Part shown: one piece after another, positions 28,300 to 38,398 of the stretch | Position numbering within the stretch: the first letter of the stretch is position 1 | Layout: every line of letters starts with the position of its first letter | From: Herbaspirillum sp. | GTDB lineage: Bacteria > Pseudomonadota > Gammaproteobacteria > Burkholderiales > Burkholderiaceae_D | Direction of reading: 5' to 3' | DNA length: 64,000 nucleotides | Assembly: GCF_017744395.1 (NCBI RefSeq) | Contig: NZ_JAGIBI010000012.1 | Location: 7,766-71,765, forward strand | Translations under genes and position numbers: made by a program | The notes under the pieces: generated by a model | The model's database searches: none | Seen by the model: the letters and a program-made list of their open reading frames with translations, nothing else | Told to the model about the DNA's origin: nothing

Positions 28300-28953
28300 T
28301 CAGATATCGGTGAACACCGTCGCTGCCGGCAGGCGCGACTTCGGCAGCTTGGCATTGAAATCGCCGGCGCCGCTGTAGCCCAGGCCGACCAGCACGGTGC
28401 TGGTGAAGCCTTTGGCGCGCAGGCCCAGTTCCTCGTCCAGCACCTTGGCGTTGAAGCCCTCCATCGGCACCGCGTCGATCTCGAAGGTCGCCGCGCCCAG
28501 CAGCAGCGTGCCCAGCGCCAGGTAGACCTGCTTGTCCATCCAGTGCTGCGCATCCTTCAGGTCGTAGCGGTGCAGGTCGCTGTACGACAGGCGCGAACCG
28601 CGCTGGCCGGCCTTGGCGTCGGCATTGGCGAAGCGGCCGTCATGCTCTTCCTGCGCCAGCAGCGCTTCCAGGTGCGCCTCGGTGATCGCGGTGCGGGTGC
28701 ACAGCACCAGCACGTGCGAAGCGTCGACGATCTTGGAGACGTTATAAGGGAAACCCGCCTCCGCCGCCTTGGCGATGCGCGCCTTGCCCGCATCGGTGGA
28801 CGCCAGCACGAAGTGCCAGGGTTGCGAGTTGACCGAGGACGGCGAGAAGCGCAGCAGCTCGCGCAGCTCGGCGATCACGCCTGCGGGAATCTTGCGGTTG
28901 GGGTCGAAGGCTTTGGCGGAATGGCGCTTCTTGGCGAATTGGACGATGCTCAT
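28300..28953 (-). CDS. nfsB: oxygen-insensitive NAD(P)H nitroreductase
   Basis: KRHSAKAFD, SPSSVNSQPWHF, IDAVPMEGF, KLPKSRLP. Confidence 0.9.
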   Translation of the reverse strand: MSIVQFAKKRHSAKAFDPNRKIPAGVIAELRELLRFSPSSVNSQPWHFVLASTDAGKARIAKAAEAGFPYNVSKIVDASHVLVLCTRTAITEAHLEALLAQEEHDGRFANADAKAGQRGSRLSYSDLHRYDLKDAQHWMDKQVYLALGTLLLGAATFEIDAVPMEGFNAKVLDEELGLRAKGFTSTVLVGLGYSGAGDFNAKLPKSRLPAATVFTDI

Positions 28954-29133
28954 GGATTCTCCTTGTTGATGGCGGTCGCATTGGATCTGAATGGAAGCGC
29001 ATTGCTGCGTTCCCCGGCCGCTATCATCGGCGATCCGCCAGTCTCGAAAAAGGAGATGGCCGCAGAAACATTTTCAAAAATATTTTGAAAGTAGAATAAG
29101 GGCCATTTCCTTTTTGCGTTCCCGCCCCTTGCC

Positions 29134-30039
29134 ATGATCCGCCTGGAAGACCTGCTCATCTTCGTCAGCGCCGCCGACAACGGCAGCCTCTCGGCCGCCG
29201 CGCGCCAGCACGATATCACGCCCGCCGTGGCCAGCGCCGCCATGAAACGACTGGAAAGCGAACTGGGCGCGTGCCTCTTGACGCGCTCCACCCGCAGCCT
29301 GCGCCTGACGCCCGATGGCGAGCGCTACCTGCAATACGCGCGCAACACGCTGGCCGAGGTCAATACCGGGCGCGACGCGGTGGCGCACGGGCGCCGCATC
29401 GTGGGCGGCAACCTGTCGCTGTCGGTGCCGTCCGACCTGGGACGCAACCTGATGTGCCAATGGCTCGACGAATTCCAGTCGCTGCATCCGGCGGTGACGC
29501 TGCAGGTGCGCATCAGCGACCGCGTGGCCGACATGTTCCGCCAGCCGGTGGACGTGGCGATCCGCTACAGCGCGCCGGAAGACTCCAGCCTGGTGGCGCT
29601 GCCGCTGGCGCCGGACAACCGCCGCGTGGCCTGCGCCTCGCCCGACTACCTGGCGCGCCACGGCCGCCCGCGCACGCCGGCCGACCTGCGTCAGCACAAC
29701 TGCCTGCGCTACCTGCTGTCGGACACGCTGCATACGCGCTGGAGTTTCATCAAGGAAGGCGTGTTGTCGCACGTGGCGGTCAACGGCGACCGCGTCTGCG
29801 ACGATGGGGAAATGGTGCACCGCTGGGCCGCCAACGGCCACGGCATCGCCTACAAGTCGCGCCTGGACGTGCTGGCCGACCTGCGCAGCGGCCGGCTGGA
29901 AACCGTGCTGGACGACTACGACGGGGAAAACGCGCCGCTCAACCTGGTCTGCACGCACCGCAGGATGCTGTCGCCCACGGTGACGGCGTTGCGCGAACTG
30001 CTGGTGGAACGGATCGGACGCTACATGGCGGCGCGCTGA
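29134..30039 (+). CDS. LysR-family regulator
   Basis: GSLSAAAR...LLTRSTRSLRLT HTH; divergent from the nitroreductase. Confidence 0.92.
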   Translation: MIRLEDLLIFVSAADNGSLSAAARQHDITPAVASAAMKRLESELGACLLTRSTRSLRLTPDGERYLQYARNTLAEVNTGRDAVAHGRRIVGGNLSLSVPSDLGRNLMCQWLDEFQSLHPAVTLQVRISDRVADMFRQPVDVAIRYSAPEDSSLVALPLAPDNRRVACASPDYLARHGRPRTPADLRQHNCLRYLLSDTLHTRWSFIKEGVLSHVAVNGDRVCDDGEMVHRWAANGHGIAYKSRLDVLADLRSGRLETVLDDYDGENAPLNLVCTHRRMLSPTVTALRELLVERIGRYMAAR

Positions 30040-30054
30040 CGCCGCGGCTTCCGT

Positions 30055-31041
30055 TCAGGCCTTAAGAACCCGTTTCATTGTGAAACGGGTTCTAAGCGCC
30101 ACGCGGCGCCAGCCGAAGGAAGGCAGCGCGGGCAAGGCCAGCCCCAGGCACAGCAAGCCCATGCCCAGCAGCAGGTCGGAAGACAGCCGCTCGCCGAAGA
30201 ACAGCGACGACAGCGTCAAGCCGACCACCGGCACGCCCAGCATGCACACCGACACCGTCACCGGCGACAGGCGCTGGGTCATCTGCAGCACCACCAGGAA
30301 CGTCAGCGCGGTAGCCAGCGGGCCGGTATAGGCGATCACGTACCAGGAGTGATGGTCGAGCAGGAAGGCTGGCGCGCCTTCGAAGGCGAACGCCAGTACG
30401 CACAGCGGCAACGCGGCCACCAGCGTCTGCCAGGGCAGCAGGTCGAAGTCCAGTTTCACGCCCGGGGTCAGCTTGATCTGCAGGATGTTGGCGGCCCACG
30501 ACAGCGACGCCGCGCCCAGCATCAGGTAACCGACCATGCTGTGCAGGTCGGCATGCAGCAGCGCGGGCAACACGATGACCGCGATCCCGGCATAGCTGCA
30601 CACCGAAGCCAGCGACTGCTGCTGGGTCAGCTTCTGCTTGAGCACCAGCGCCGCCCCCGGCACCACCCAGATCGAGGTGGCGTAGGCGATCAGCGAGGCG
30701 CGGCCGGGCATGACGAAATGCAGGGCGCCGGTCACCAGCGCCGTGAACAATCCCATCTGCAGCACGCCCACGCCGATAACGACCGGCCATTCGCGGCGCG
30801 TCGGCAGGCGCAGCTTGCCGATGGCGAAGGCGATCGCGAAACTCAATACCGCGGCCGAGAAGAAGCGGCTGGCCGCGAACCACAGCGGCGAGATGAACTG
30901 GCTGCCGATCTTCATCACCGGCCAGTTGCCGCCCCAGATGCAGATCGCCAGCACCACGCAGGCCAGGAACCATCCGCTCATCGGCTTGTGTTTGGCGGCG
31001 GGCTTGGGGGTGGCGCGGGGGACCGCGTTTTCGATCGACAT
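30055..31041 (-). CDS. DMT/EamA-family transporter
   Basis: IWGGNWP, two EamA repeats, FFGERLS. Confidence 0.88.
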   Translation of the reverse strand: MSIENAVPRATPKPAAKHKPMSGWFLACVVLAICIWGGNWPVMKIGSQFISPLWFAASRFFSAAVLSFAIAFAIGKLRLPTRREWPVVIGVGVLQMGLFTALVTGALHFVMPGRASLIAYATSIWVVPGAALVLKQKLTQQQSLASVCSYAGIAVIVLPALLHADLHSMVGYLMLGAASLSWAANILQIKLTPGVKLDFDLLPWQTLVAALPLCVLAFAFEGAPAFLLDHHSWYVIAYTGPLATALTFLVVLQMTQRLSPVTVSVCMLGVPVVGLTLSSLFFGERLSSDLLLGMGLLCLGLALPALPSFGWRRVALRTRFTMKRVLKA

Positions 31042-31346
31042 GCAGGACTCCGTGGAAGGCAAAAGGAGCATGGCAACAGCGCATGTTGCAATGCATCCAA
31101 AACGGCTACATGGTAGAGAAGAGGCGGCAAATAGTGCTGCCGTATTGCAGAGAGGAAAGCGGCTTTTGCAGCATTTACTGCTGTAAAAAATATTTTTACA
31201 GATTTATTATTTTTTCAAATCATTTTGGTGCAGCATCTTTGGCTTTGCACCATGCTTCCAGCCCAAGCCTGCCGTGACGCACCACGGAGCCCGCAAACGA
31301 CAACGGCGCCCACCAGGGGCGCCGTTGTCCAGACTGCCGCCGCCAA

Positions 31347-32945
31347 TCAGTGCGGCAGCGCCTTCTGCCCTGCCGCCGCCCGGCCGCGGTCGAGCGTGAA
31401 CACGCCGACCAGCGCCACCAGCTTCTGCGCCTGTTCCTGCAGCGACTGCGCCGCCGCCGCGGCCTGTTCCACCAGCGCGGCGTTCTGCTGCGTGGTTTCG
31501 TCCATCTGCGTGATGGCATGGCCGACCTGCTCGATGCCGGCGCTCTGCTCGTGGCTGGCGGTGGCGATCTCGTTGACCACGGTGGAAACGCCCTGGATGC
31601 TGGCGACCACCTCCTGCATGGTCTGGCCGGCCTGCTGCACCAGTTGGGTGCCGGCATCGACCTTGCCCACGGAATCATCGATCAAGGTCTTGATTTCCTT
31701 GGCCGCCGCGGCCGAGCGCTGCGCCAGCGAACGCACCTCGGAAGCCACCACGGCGAAGCCGCGCCCCTGCTCGCCGGCGCGCGCGGCCTCCACCGCCGCA
31801 TTCAGGGCGAGGATGTTGGTCTGGAAGGCAATGCCGTCGATCACGCTGATGATGTCGACGATCTTGCGCGAGGAATCGTTGATCGAATCCATCGTCTGCA
31901 CCACCTGGCCGACCACGTCGCCGCCAGCGATGGCCACCTTGGAGGCGGTCGCCGCCAGTTGGTTGGCGTGCTGGGCGTTGGCGGCGTTCTGCTTGACGGT
32001 GGAAGTGAGCTCCTCCATCGCCGAGGCGGTCTCTTCCAGCGAGCCGGCCTGCTGCTCGGTGCGGTTGGACAGGTCCATGTTGCCGGTGGCGATCTCGTCC
32101 ACCGAGGTCTTGATCGATTCGGTGGCGTTCTGGATGCCGTGCACGGTATCGACCAGGCGGTCGCGCGTATAGGCCACCGCCGCCACCAGGCTGCGGTTGT
32201 CGCCGGCGCCGGTGTGGATGGTGCCGGTCAGGTCGCCGGCGGCGATCTTGCGCGCCATCTCGGCAGCCTCGGTCGGTTCGCCGCCGATGGAACGGAAGAT
32301 ATTGCGCGAAACCAGGCCGGCGATCAGCGACAGCAGCACGCCCAGCGCCACCAGCACCGCCACGGCCTGGATCAGCGCCTTGCGGAAGTCGGCTTCGATG
32401 TCGTCCGAGTACACGCTGCAGATCAGATCCCAGTTCCAGGGCTTGAAGCGCTTGACGAAGCCCATCTTGGGGCTGGGCTTGTCGGCGCCGGGACGCGGCC
32501 ACCAGTACTCCAGGAAGCCCTTGCCGGCAGGCGAGGCGCCGATGGCGGCGATCATCTTGTAGAGCTCGTTGCCCTTGGCATCCTTGAAGTCGAGCAGGTT
32601 CTTGCCGTCCAGCTTGGCATTGATCGGATGCATCACCACCGTCGAATCGGCGCCGATGATGGTCGCATAGCCGTCGCCGGTATAGCGCTGCCCCTTGACG
32701 CGGGCGATGGCGCCCTTTTGCGCATCCTCATGCGACATCTGGCCATCGGCCTCCAGCTTGGCGTAGCCGGCGATCACGGTATAGGCCATCTCGGTGACGT
32801 CTTCCAGCGCGCGCTGGCGTTCGGCGATCTGCAGGTCGCGGGTCTGGTAAGCGTGCCAGACCGAGAGGAACAGCAAGGCGATCAGGGAGAAGATCAGGGG
32901 CAGCCAGAGTTTTTTCTTGAGCGAAAGATTGTTCATCATCGACAT
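31347..32945 (-). CDS. methyl-accepting chemotaxis protein with sCache_2 sensor
   Basis: TM-VMHPIN...DAKG...YWWPRPG-TM; [30 protein letters not shown]; start may be 32939. Confidence 0.93.
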   Translation of the reverse strand: MSMMNNLSLKKKLWLPLIFSLIALLFLSVWHAYQTRDLQIAERQRALEDVTEMAYTVIAGYAKLEADGQMSHEDAQKGAIARVKGQRYTGDGYATIIGADSTVVMHPINAKLDGKNLLDFKDAKGNELYKMIAAIGASPAGKGFLEYWWPRPGADKPSPKMGFVKRFKPWNWDLICSVYSDDIEADFRKALIQAVAVLVALGVLLSLIAGLVSRNIFRSIGGEPTEAAEMARKIAAGDLTGTIHTGAGDNRSLVAAVAYTRDRLVDTVHGIQNATESIKTSVDEIATGNMDLSNRTEQQAGSLEETASAMEELTSTVKQNAANAQHANQLAATASKVAIAGGDVVGQVVQTMDSINDSSRKIVDIISVIDGIAFQTNILALNAAVEAARAGEQGRGFAVVASEVRSLAQRSAAAAKEIKTLIDDSVGKVDAGTQLVQQAGQTMQEVVASIQGVSTVVNEIATASHEQSAGIEQVGHAITQMDETTQQNAALVEQAAAAAQSLQEQAQKLVALVGVFTLDRGRAAAGQKALPH

Positions 32946-33089
32946 CGGAACGTTGTTGGAATGGGTTCCGGGGCGTCATCGATGGCCGCCGCCAATCGGC
33001 GGCGCGCAACGCCAGAACTCGCCCGGGCACGCCCTTGGCGTGCCCGGGACTGGCCTGGCTGACATTATCTTTGACCTTCCCCTGCTGCG

Positions 33090-33116
33090 TTTACGGCAAG
33101 GACTAGGCGCCGCTAA
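33090..33116 (-). promoter_or_regulatory. possible sigma28 promoter for the MCP
   Basis: TTAG-N15-GCCGTAAA versus consensus TAAA-N15-GCCGATAA; imperfect match. Confidence 0.35.
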
Positions 33117-33154
33117 AGGGCTGTCCGGCATGCGACACGAAAAATATTTTCCCA

Positions 33155-34579
33155 TCAAGCAGGAATATTTTTCCTGGGGCGCGCCGGATCGGGCAAGCCG
33201 CACGCCAGGAATTGCCCGCGGCCAACAGCCCCCCGGACCTGCCCGCCATCCCACACCACTTCCCCGCGCGAGAGCGTGGTCTCGGGCCAGCCGGTGATCC
33301 GCATGCCTTCATATGGCGTGTAATCGACGTCATGGTGCAGCATCTCATTGCGGATAATGACTTCCTTATGCGGATCCCAGATCGCGATATCGGCGTCGCT
33401 GCCGATAGCGATCGTGCCCTTGCGCGGATACAGGCCGTACATCTTGGCCGGATCGGTAGCGGTCAGCGCGACAAAGCGGTTCAGGTCGATGCGCCCTTTG
33501 CCCACGCCTTCCGAAAACAGGATCGGCATGCGCGTCTCCAGCCCGGGCGTACCGTTGGGGATGTAGCGGAACGGCACCTCCTTGCCGCCCGGTTTCTTGC
33601 CTTGCGGGTCTTCGTAACGGAACGGCGCATGGTCGGACGAGAATACCGTGAACAGGCCGCTGGCCAGGCCGTCCCATACATATTGCTGGTTGGCCTTGTC
33701 GCGCGGCGGCGGACTGCACACGCACTTGGCGCCGTGGTAACCGTCGTCGAGATGGTCCGCCGTCAGCACTAGGTATTGCGGACAGGTTTCGGCATAGATG
33801 CGCAGGCCGTGGCCGTGCGCCCAGCGGATCTGCTCGATGGCCTCCCGCCCCGAGACATGCACGATCAGGATCGGCACGTCCGCCAGCTCCGACAAGGCGA
33901 TGGCGCGGTGCGTGGCCTCGCGCTCGACCAGCATCGGGCGCGAAGCCGCGTGGTATTTCGGCGCGGTCAGGCCGGCCTGCTCCAACTGCTCGGTCAGCCA
34001 GCCGATGCAGTCGGCGTTCTCGGCGTGCACCATGACCATCGCTCCCTCGCGCCGCGCCAGGGCCAGCAGGTCGAGTATCTGGCGATCATTGAGCTTCAGG
34101 TCGTCATAGGTCATATAGATCTTGAACGAGGTATAGCCCTCCCGCACCAGCTGCGGCAACTCTTCCTTCAATACCTGCTCGCTGGGGTCGCTGACGATCA
34201 TGTGGAAGGCGTAGTCGATCACCGCTTTGCCCTCGGCGCGGCGATGGTAGTCCTCGACCGCCGCGCGCAGCGAACCGCCCTTGGCCTGGGCGGCGAACGG
34301 GATGACGGTGGTGGTGCCGCCGCAAGCGGCTGAAATGGTGCCGCTCCTGAAATCGTCGGCCATCTTCAATCCCTCTTCCATCGGTTGGTCGAGGTGGCAG
34401 TGCGCATCCACGCCGCCGGGCAGCACCAGCTTGCCGGTCGCATCGATCTCTTTCTTGCCGGGCGCCAGGCCACGTCCCAGCATGGCGACCTTGCCGTCCT
34501 TGATGCCGACGTCGCACTGCATGATGTCGGCAGCGGTAGCCACGGTGCCGTTGCGGATCACTACATCGAATGCGTCCAT
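33155..34579 (-). CDS. hydA: dihydropyrimidinase / D-hydantoinase
   Basis: VDAHCH, SFKIYMTY (carboxylated Lys), VHAEN, IVHVS, SSDHAPF. Confidence 0.92.
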   Translation of the reverse strand: MDAFDVVIRNGTVATAADIMQCDVGIKDGKVAMLGRGLAPGKKEIDATGKLVLPGGVDAHCHLDQPMEEGLKMADDFRSGTISAACGGTTTVIPFAAQAKGGSLRAAVEDYHRRAEGKAVIDYAFHMIVSDPSEQVLKEELPQLVREGYTSFKIYMTYDDLKLNDRQILDLLALARREGAMVMVHAENADCIGWLTEQLEQAGLTAPKYHAASRPMLVEREATHRAIALSELADVPILIVHVSGREAIEQIRWAHGHGLRIYAETCPQYLVLTADHLDDGYHGAKCVCSPPPRDKANQQYVWDGLASGLFTVFSSDHAPFRYEDPQGKKPGGKEVPFRYIPNGTPGLETRMPILFSEGVGKGRIDLNRFVALTATDPAKMYGLYPRKGTIAIGSDADIAIWDPHKEVIIRNEMLHHDVDYTPYEGMRITGWPETTLSRGEVVWDGGQVRGAVGRGQFLACGLPDPARPRKNIPA

Positions 34580-34585
34580 AAGATC

Positions 34586-35314
34586 CTACTTCACGTCGCG
34601 GAACAATGAACCCCAGCCGCGGATGCGCGACGGGTCGGCGCCGGCCTGCTTGAGCGACTTCCACACTACGGTGGAGATGGTGTCATAGATAGGGATGCCG
34701 ATTTCCTTCTCCAGCTCTTCCACCAGCGGCGCACCGCGCAGGTTGGTGCAGAAGATGGTGATGGCCTGCGGCTTGTCCTTGGCGACTTCACGCACCATCG
34801 CGCGCAACGCGTCGGCGCCCACTTCGGAGAACGAGAAATTATCCTGCTTGCGCAAGTGGCGTTCGGACACGCATTCATAGCCGGCGCTGCCGTAGTTCTT
34901 GACGATGGCGGCCTGCACGTCGTCCAGGTAGGGCGTTACCAGTCCAAAGCGTTTGACGCCGGTCTTATCGAAAATCTCGTTCAAGGCCAGCACGGAAGTA
35001 CAGGCGGCAATGCCGGTGGCTTCGGTAATGCGCTTGCATAAACGCTCGTCCGCCTCGAAACCGAGCCAGCCGGACGAAGTGCCATTCCAGCCGATGCTGC
35101 CGACCTTGGCATGCGACAGCAGCTCGGCTGCGCGCAGGATTTCGCCATCGTCGAACTGGGCCAGCGCCTGGTTGGACAGTGCTATCTCGGTGACGCGGAA
35201 GCGTCCGAAGTGGGCGCTGGCCTCGGGGATATCGGCGATCATCGCGGTGGTCACCGGCTCCAGCGTAGTGTTGGAGGACGGCGTCAGCATGCCGAGCAAA
35301 GTACGTTGCGTCAT
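34586..35314 (-). CDS. Asp/Glu racemase - maleate isomerase - AMDase superfamily protein
   Basis: GMLTPSSNTTLE, LVTPY, WNGTS, FCTNL. Confidence 0.85.
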   Translation of the reverse strand: MTQRTLLGMLTPSSNTTLEPVTTAMIADIPEASAHFGRFRVTEIALSNQALAQFDDGEILRAAELLSHAKVGSIGWNGTSSGWLGFEADERLCKRITEATGIAACTSVLALNEIFDKTGVKRFGLVTPYLDDVQAAIVKNYGSAGYECVSERHLRKQDNFSFSEVGADALRAMVREVAKDKPQAITIFCTNLRGAPLVEELEKEIGIPIYDTISTVVWKSLKQAGADPSRIRGWGSLFRDVK

Positions 35315-35324
35315 TGGTATCCTT

Positions 35325-36116
35325 TCACGCCGCCAGCTTCGCGGCATCCGCATGCGCCAGCGCCGATTCCTCGCGGATCAGGCCCAGCACATGGCGCTTG
35401 TATCGGTTGAATTCGGTCGTAGTGGTGTCGCGCGGGCGCGGCAGGTCGATGTCGATCAGCTCGCGCATGCGCCCTGGCCGGTGCGTCATCACCGCCACCT
35501 TGGTCGCCAGGATCAATGCCTCGTCCACGCTATGGGTCACGAAGACGATGGTGCCTTCATAGCGCTGCCACAGCGCGACCAGCTCTTCCTGCATCTCCAG
35601 CTTGGTCTGCGCATCCAGGGCCGCGAAGGGCTCGTCCATCAGGATCACGGACGGGTTCTGCAGCAAGGCGCGGGCGATGCCCACGCGCTGCGCCATGCCG
35701 CCGGAGAGCTCGCTGGGATAGTGATTTTCAAACCCCTTGAGTTTCACGGTCTCGATGAAGGGCTGGGCCGCCGCGCGCCGTTCGGCCGCGCTCTTGCCTT
35801 GCAGCTTGAGCGAGAAGGCGACGTTGTCCCACACCGGCAGCCAGGGCATCAGGTTGGCCTGCTGGAACACCATGCCGCGGTCGGCGCCGGGGCCGGCGAT
35901 GGCCTTGCCAGCCACCTTGACTTCGCCGCCGGTCGGGAACTCGAAGCCCGCGATCATGTTCAAGAGCGTCGACTTGCCGCAGCCGGAGGGGCCGAGCAGG
36001 CACAGGAATTCCTTCTTTTCCAACTTGAGGCTGACGTTGTCGATGGCCAGCATTTCCGTGCCGCGCTTGCTGTCCTTGAACACCTTGACGATGTCGTTCA
36101 GTTCGATGAATGCCAT
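35325..36116 (-). CDS. NitT/TauT-type ABC ATPase
   Basis: GPSGCGKST, LSGGMAQR, LMDEPFAALD, VTHSVDEA. Confidence 0.93.
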   Translation of the reverse strand: MAFIELNDIVKVFKDSKRGTEMLAIDNVSLKLEKKEFLCLLGPSGCGKSTLLNMIAGFEFPTGGEVKVAGKAIAGPGADRGMVFQQANLMPWLPVWDNVAFSLKLQGKSAAERRAAAQPFIETVKLKGFENHYPSELSGGMAQRVGIARALLQNPSVILMDEPFAALDAQTKLEMQEELVALWQRYEGTIVFVTHSVDEALILATKVAVMTHRPGRMRELIDIDLPRPRDTTTTEFNRYKRHVLGLIREESALAHADAAKLAA

Positions 36117-36128
36117 GATGTTCCTTTC

Positions 36129-36968
36129 TTACGCTTTGCCTTGTACGGTGGAGACATGCTGCCAGCGCAGCACCGAATTCATGATCCGCTTCAATATCCA
36201 GTCGGCCAGAAATCCCAGCAGGCCGATGCTGATCATCGCCGCGATCACCAGGTCATAGCGCAGGAAGTAATACGAATCCCATAGCGCATAGCCCAGGCCG
36301 CTCTTGACCGCCACCATCTCGGCCGTCACCGTCAGCATCCAGGCGCTGCCGATGCCGATGCGCAAGCCGGCGAAGATGCTCGGCATGGCAGCCGGCAGGA
36401 TCACGAAACGCAGCAGCTGCCCTTGCCTGGCGCCGGCCATGGCGGCGGCGCGCAGCAGGTTGCGGTCGGACGTCTTCACGCCATGCACGGTATTCATCAG
36501 GATCGGGAAGAAGGCGCCGAGGAACACCAGGAAGATCGCCGGCTTGTTGGCGATGCCGAACCAGATGATGGCCAGCGGAATCCACGAGACCGGCGGGATC
36601 GGCCGCAGCATCTGCACGGTCGGTTCGATGGCGCGCTCGACCCAGCGCCACCAGCCGATCGCCACGCCCAGCGCGATGCCGGACACGGCCGCGATCAGGT
36701 AACCGGCGGTCACCCGCATGCAGCTTGCCATGGCGTCGTAGATCCACTTGCCGCTGCTGTCCTGGGCGGCATCGTTGATGCCGAAGATCCAGTCCATCCA
36801 GGTGGCGAACACGCGCGACGGCGCCGGCAGCAACGCCGGCGGAATCACGCCGGAACGGGAGAATGCCTCCCAGAACAGCACCAGCAGCGCCGGAACCGCG
36901 AAGCGCCACTTCGCCTCCGACAGGGAACGCATCAATCCATTCATGGCGATTCCTTCCGTCTTCATCAA
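36129..36968 (-). CDS. NitT/TauT-type ABC permease
   Basis: LRPIPPVSWIPL, ILPAAMPSIFAGLRIG. Confidence 0.92.
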   Translation of the reverse strand: MMKTEGIAMNGLMRSLSEAKWRFAVPALLVLFWEAFSRSGVIPPALLPAPSRVFATWMDWIFGINDAAQDSSGKWIYDAMASCMRVTAGYLIAAVSGIALGVAIGWWRWVERAIEPTVQMLRPIPPVSWIPLAIIWFGIANKPAIFLVFLGAFFPILMNTVHGVKTSDRNLLRAAAMAGARQGQLLRFVILPAAMPSIFAGLRIGIGSAWMLTVTAEMVAVKSGLGYALWDSYYFLRYDLVIAAMISIGLLGFLADWILKRIMNSVLRWQHVSTVQGKA

Positions 36969-38005
36969 TAGCCCAGCTCGGACTTCGGCTTGCCCGTGAC
37001 GCCCATCAGGAAGCTGTAGTCCATGTTCTTTTCCGCCAATGCGGAAACGTCGCCGGAGACATACTTCAGGTCCTTCATCATGCCGGCGATAGCCTTGGTC
37101 TGGGTGCGGTACATGCGGTAATCGGGATAGGCATTGTTGAGCGCCTCGGTAGCGACCTTGGCATCCAGGCCGGTGCCCTTGACGATGCTGTTGACCCAGC
37201 CCTGCTTGTCTTTCTGCAAGCCGTCCACCAGCCTGACCACGGCGGCCACCGTCTCCTTCACTTCAGCCGGATGCTCCTTGATCACGTCCGAACGGGTCAC
37301 GATCAGGTTGGTCAGGCGGCCGGCCGCCTGGTCGTACGGATAGGCGAAGTGCTTGCCCACGCCGGTCATGCGGATCTGGGATGCGAACGGCTCGACCGAG
37401 CAGATCAGCTCGACCTCGCCGCGCGACAGCGCCGCCGCGTGGTCGGACGGATTGGGGATATTGACGAACTGCACGTCCTTGGACGGGTCGATGCCGTGCG
37501 CGGCCAGCTCGCCGCGCATGTGCAGATCCTGCGCATTGCCGCGCGAGGCGGCGATGCGGAAGGGCTTGCCCTGCGCCTTGTAGTCCGCGATCAGCTTCTT
37601 CAGGCCGGCCCAGTCGTCCGAGGCCAGCTTGGTGTCCTTGCCCAACAGCATCTCGGAACCGCCGTTGACCTGGCCCGACACCGCCACCAGGTCGAAGCCC
37701 TTGTCCAGGCCGCTCACATACGCGAGGTAGGTCACCTGGGCGATGTCCACGCTCTTGGAGACCAGCGCCGTCAGCGCGTCGCTACCGGCGGTGAAGTTGA
37801 TGCCTTCGATCTCCACGTTCTGCGCCAGCGCCGGCACCATGGCCATCGACATGCAGTGCGCGCACTTGGCATAGGCCAGCTTGATCTTCGGTTTGGACTG
37901 GGCGGCGGCCGAACCCGCCGCCATCGCGCCGCAGGCCAGCATGGCAGCCAGGGCGACACCTTTGAAGGACAGGCCGAACGGGGACTTGCGAACTTGCTTT
38001 TGCAT
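36965..38005 (-). CDS. NitT/TauT-type ABC substrate-binding protein
   Basis: signal peptide, ALSRGEVELICSVEPF; head of the ABC operon. Confidence 0.88.
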   Translation of the reverse strand: MQKQVRKSPFGLSFKGVALAAMLACGAMAAGSAAAQSKPKIKLAYAKCAHCMSMAMVPALAQNVEIEGINFTAGSDALTALVSKSVDIAQVTYLAYVSGLDKGFDLVAVSGQVNGGSEMLLGKDTKLASDDWAGLKKLIADYKAQGKPFRIAASRGNAQDLHMRGELAAHGIDPSKDVQFVNIPNPSDHAAALSRGEVELICSVEPFASQIRMTGVGKHFAYPYDQAAGRLTNLIVTRSDVIKEHPAEVKETVAAVVRLVDGLQKDKQGWVNSIVKGTGLDAKVATEALNNAYPDYRMYRTQTKAIAGMMKDLKYVSGDVSALAEKNMDYSFLMGVTGKPKSELGY

Positions 38006-38037
38006 CGTTTTCTCCCTGAAATTAACAAACCACATAA

Positions 38038-38052
38038 AAATTGTGACAATTT
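38038..38052. promoter_or_regulatory. putative GntR operator 1 (AAATTGTGACAATTT)
   Basis: perfect palindrome around a central G; core TTGTGACAA repeated at 38298-38306. Confidence 0.65.
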
Positions 38053-38074
38053 AATTTTTCATTGCCACCGTTTA

Positions 38075-38090
38075 TGCAATAGATGTGCCA
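38075..38090 (-). promoter_or_regulatory. sigma54 promoter TGGCAC-N5-TTGCA
   Basis: exact -24/-12 consensus, 70 bp upstream of the ABC operon start. Confidence 0.8.
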
Positions 38091-38296
38091 GCCAGGGAGA
38101 TGACGGTGAATGCGCCACGCGATGGCGCGCAAAGACATGCCTCACAGAGGCAAGCAAGCCGTGAGGACAAAAAGATGGCGAAGAGGAAAGATCGCGGTTC
38201 GCACCAACTTGCAACTAAAAACGCATCAGGCAGAGAAAAATCTCACCACATAAGTGCGCCAAAATGACCCGCTCCCGCACAACGGATTCTTATTAT

Positions 38297-38307
38297 TTTG
38301 TGACAAA
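38297..38307. promoter_or_regulatory. putative GntR operator 2 (TTTGTGACAAA)
   Basis: palindrome identical in core to operator 1, upstream of gntR. Confidence 0.6.
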
Positions 38308-38398
38308 TCAATCCCACAATTTTCAGCTATCATGGCGCCAACCACGACACCGATAACGCCAGGCATACGCTGCGGGCGAGAACCTACGCCGAGACGAC

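Noticed and set aside
31120-31145. Possible sigma54 promoter upstream of the EamA gene (CGGCAG...TTTGC)
   Set aside because: GG-to-GC spacing is 11 nt rather than the required 10
33022-33048. 12-bp GC hairpin in the MCP 5' region
   Set aside because: No U tract, second copy or recognisable aptamer; cannot assign a function
38190-38270. NtrC boxes upstream of the sigma54 promoter
   Set aside because: Only degenerate half-sites (e.g. TGCGCC-AAAAT); plausible but too weak to call
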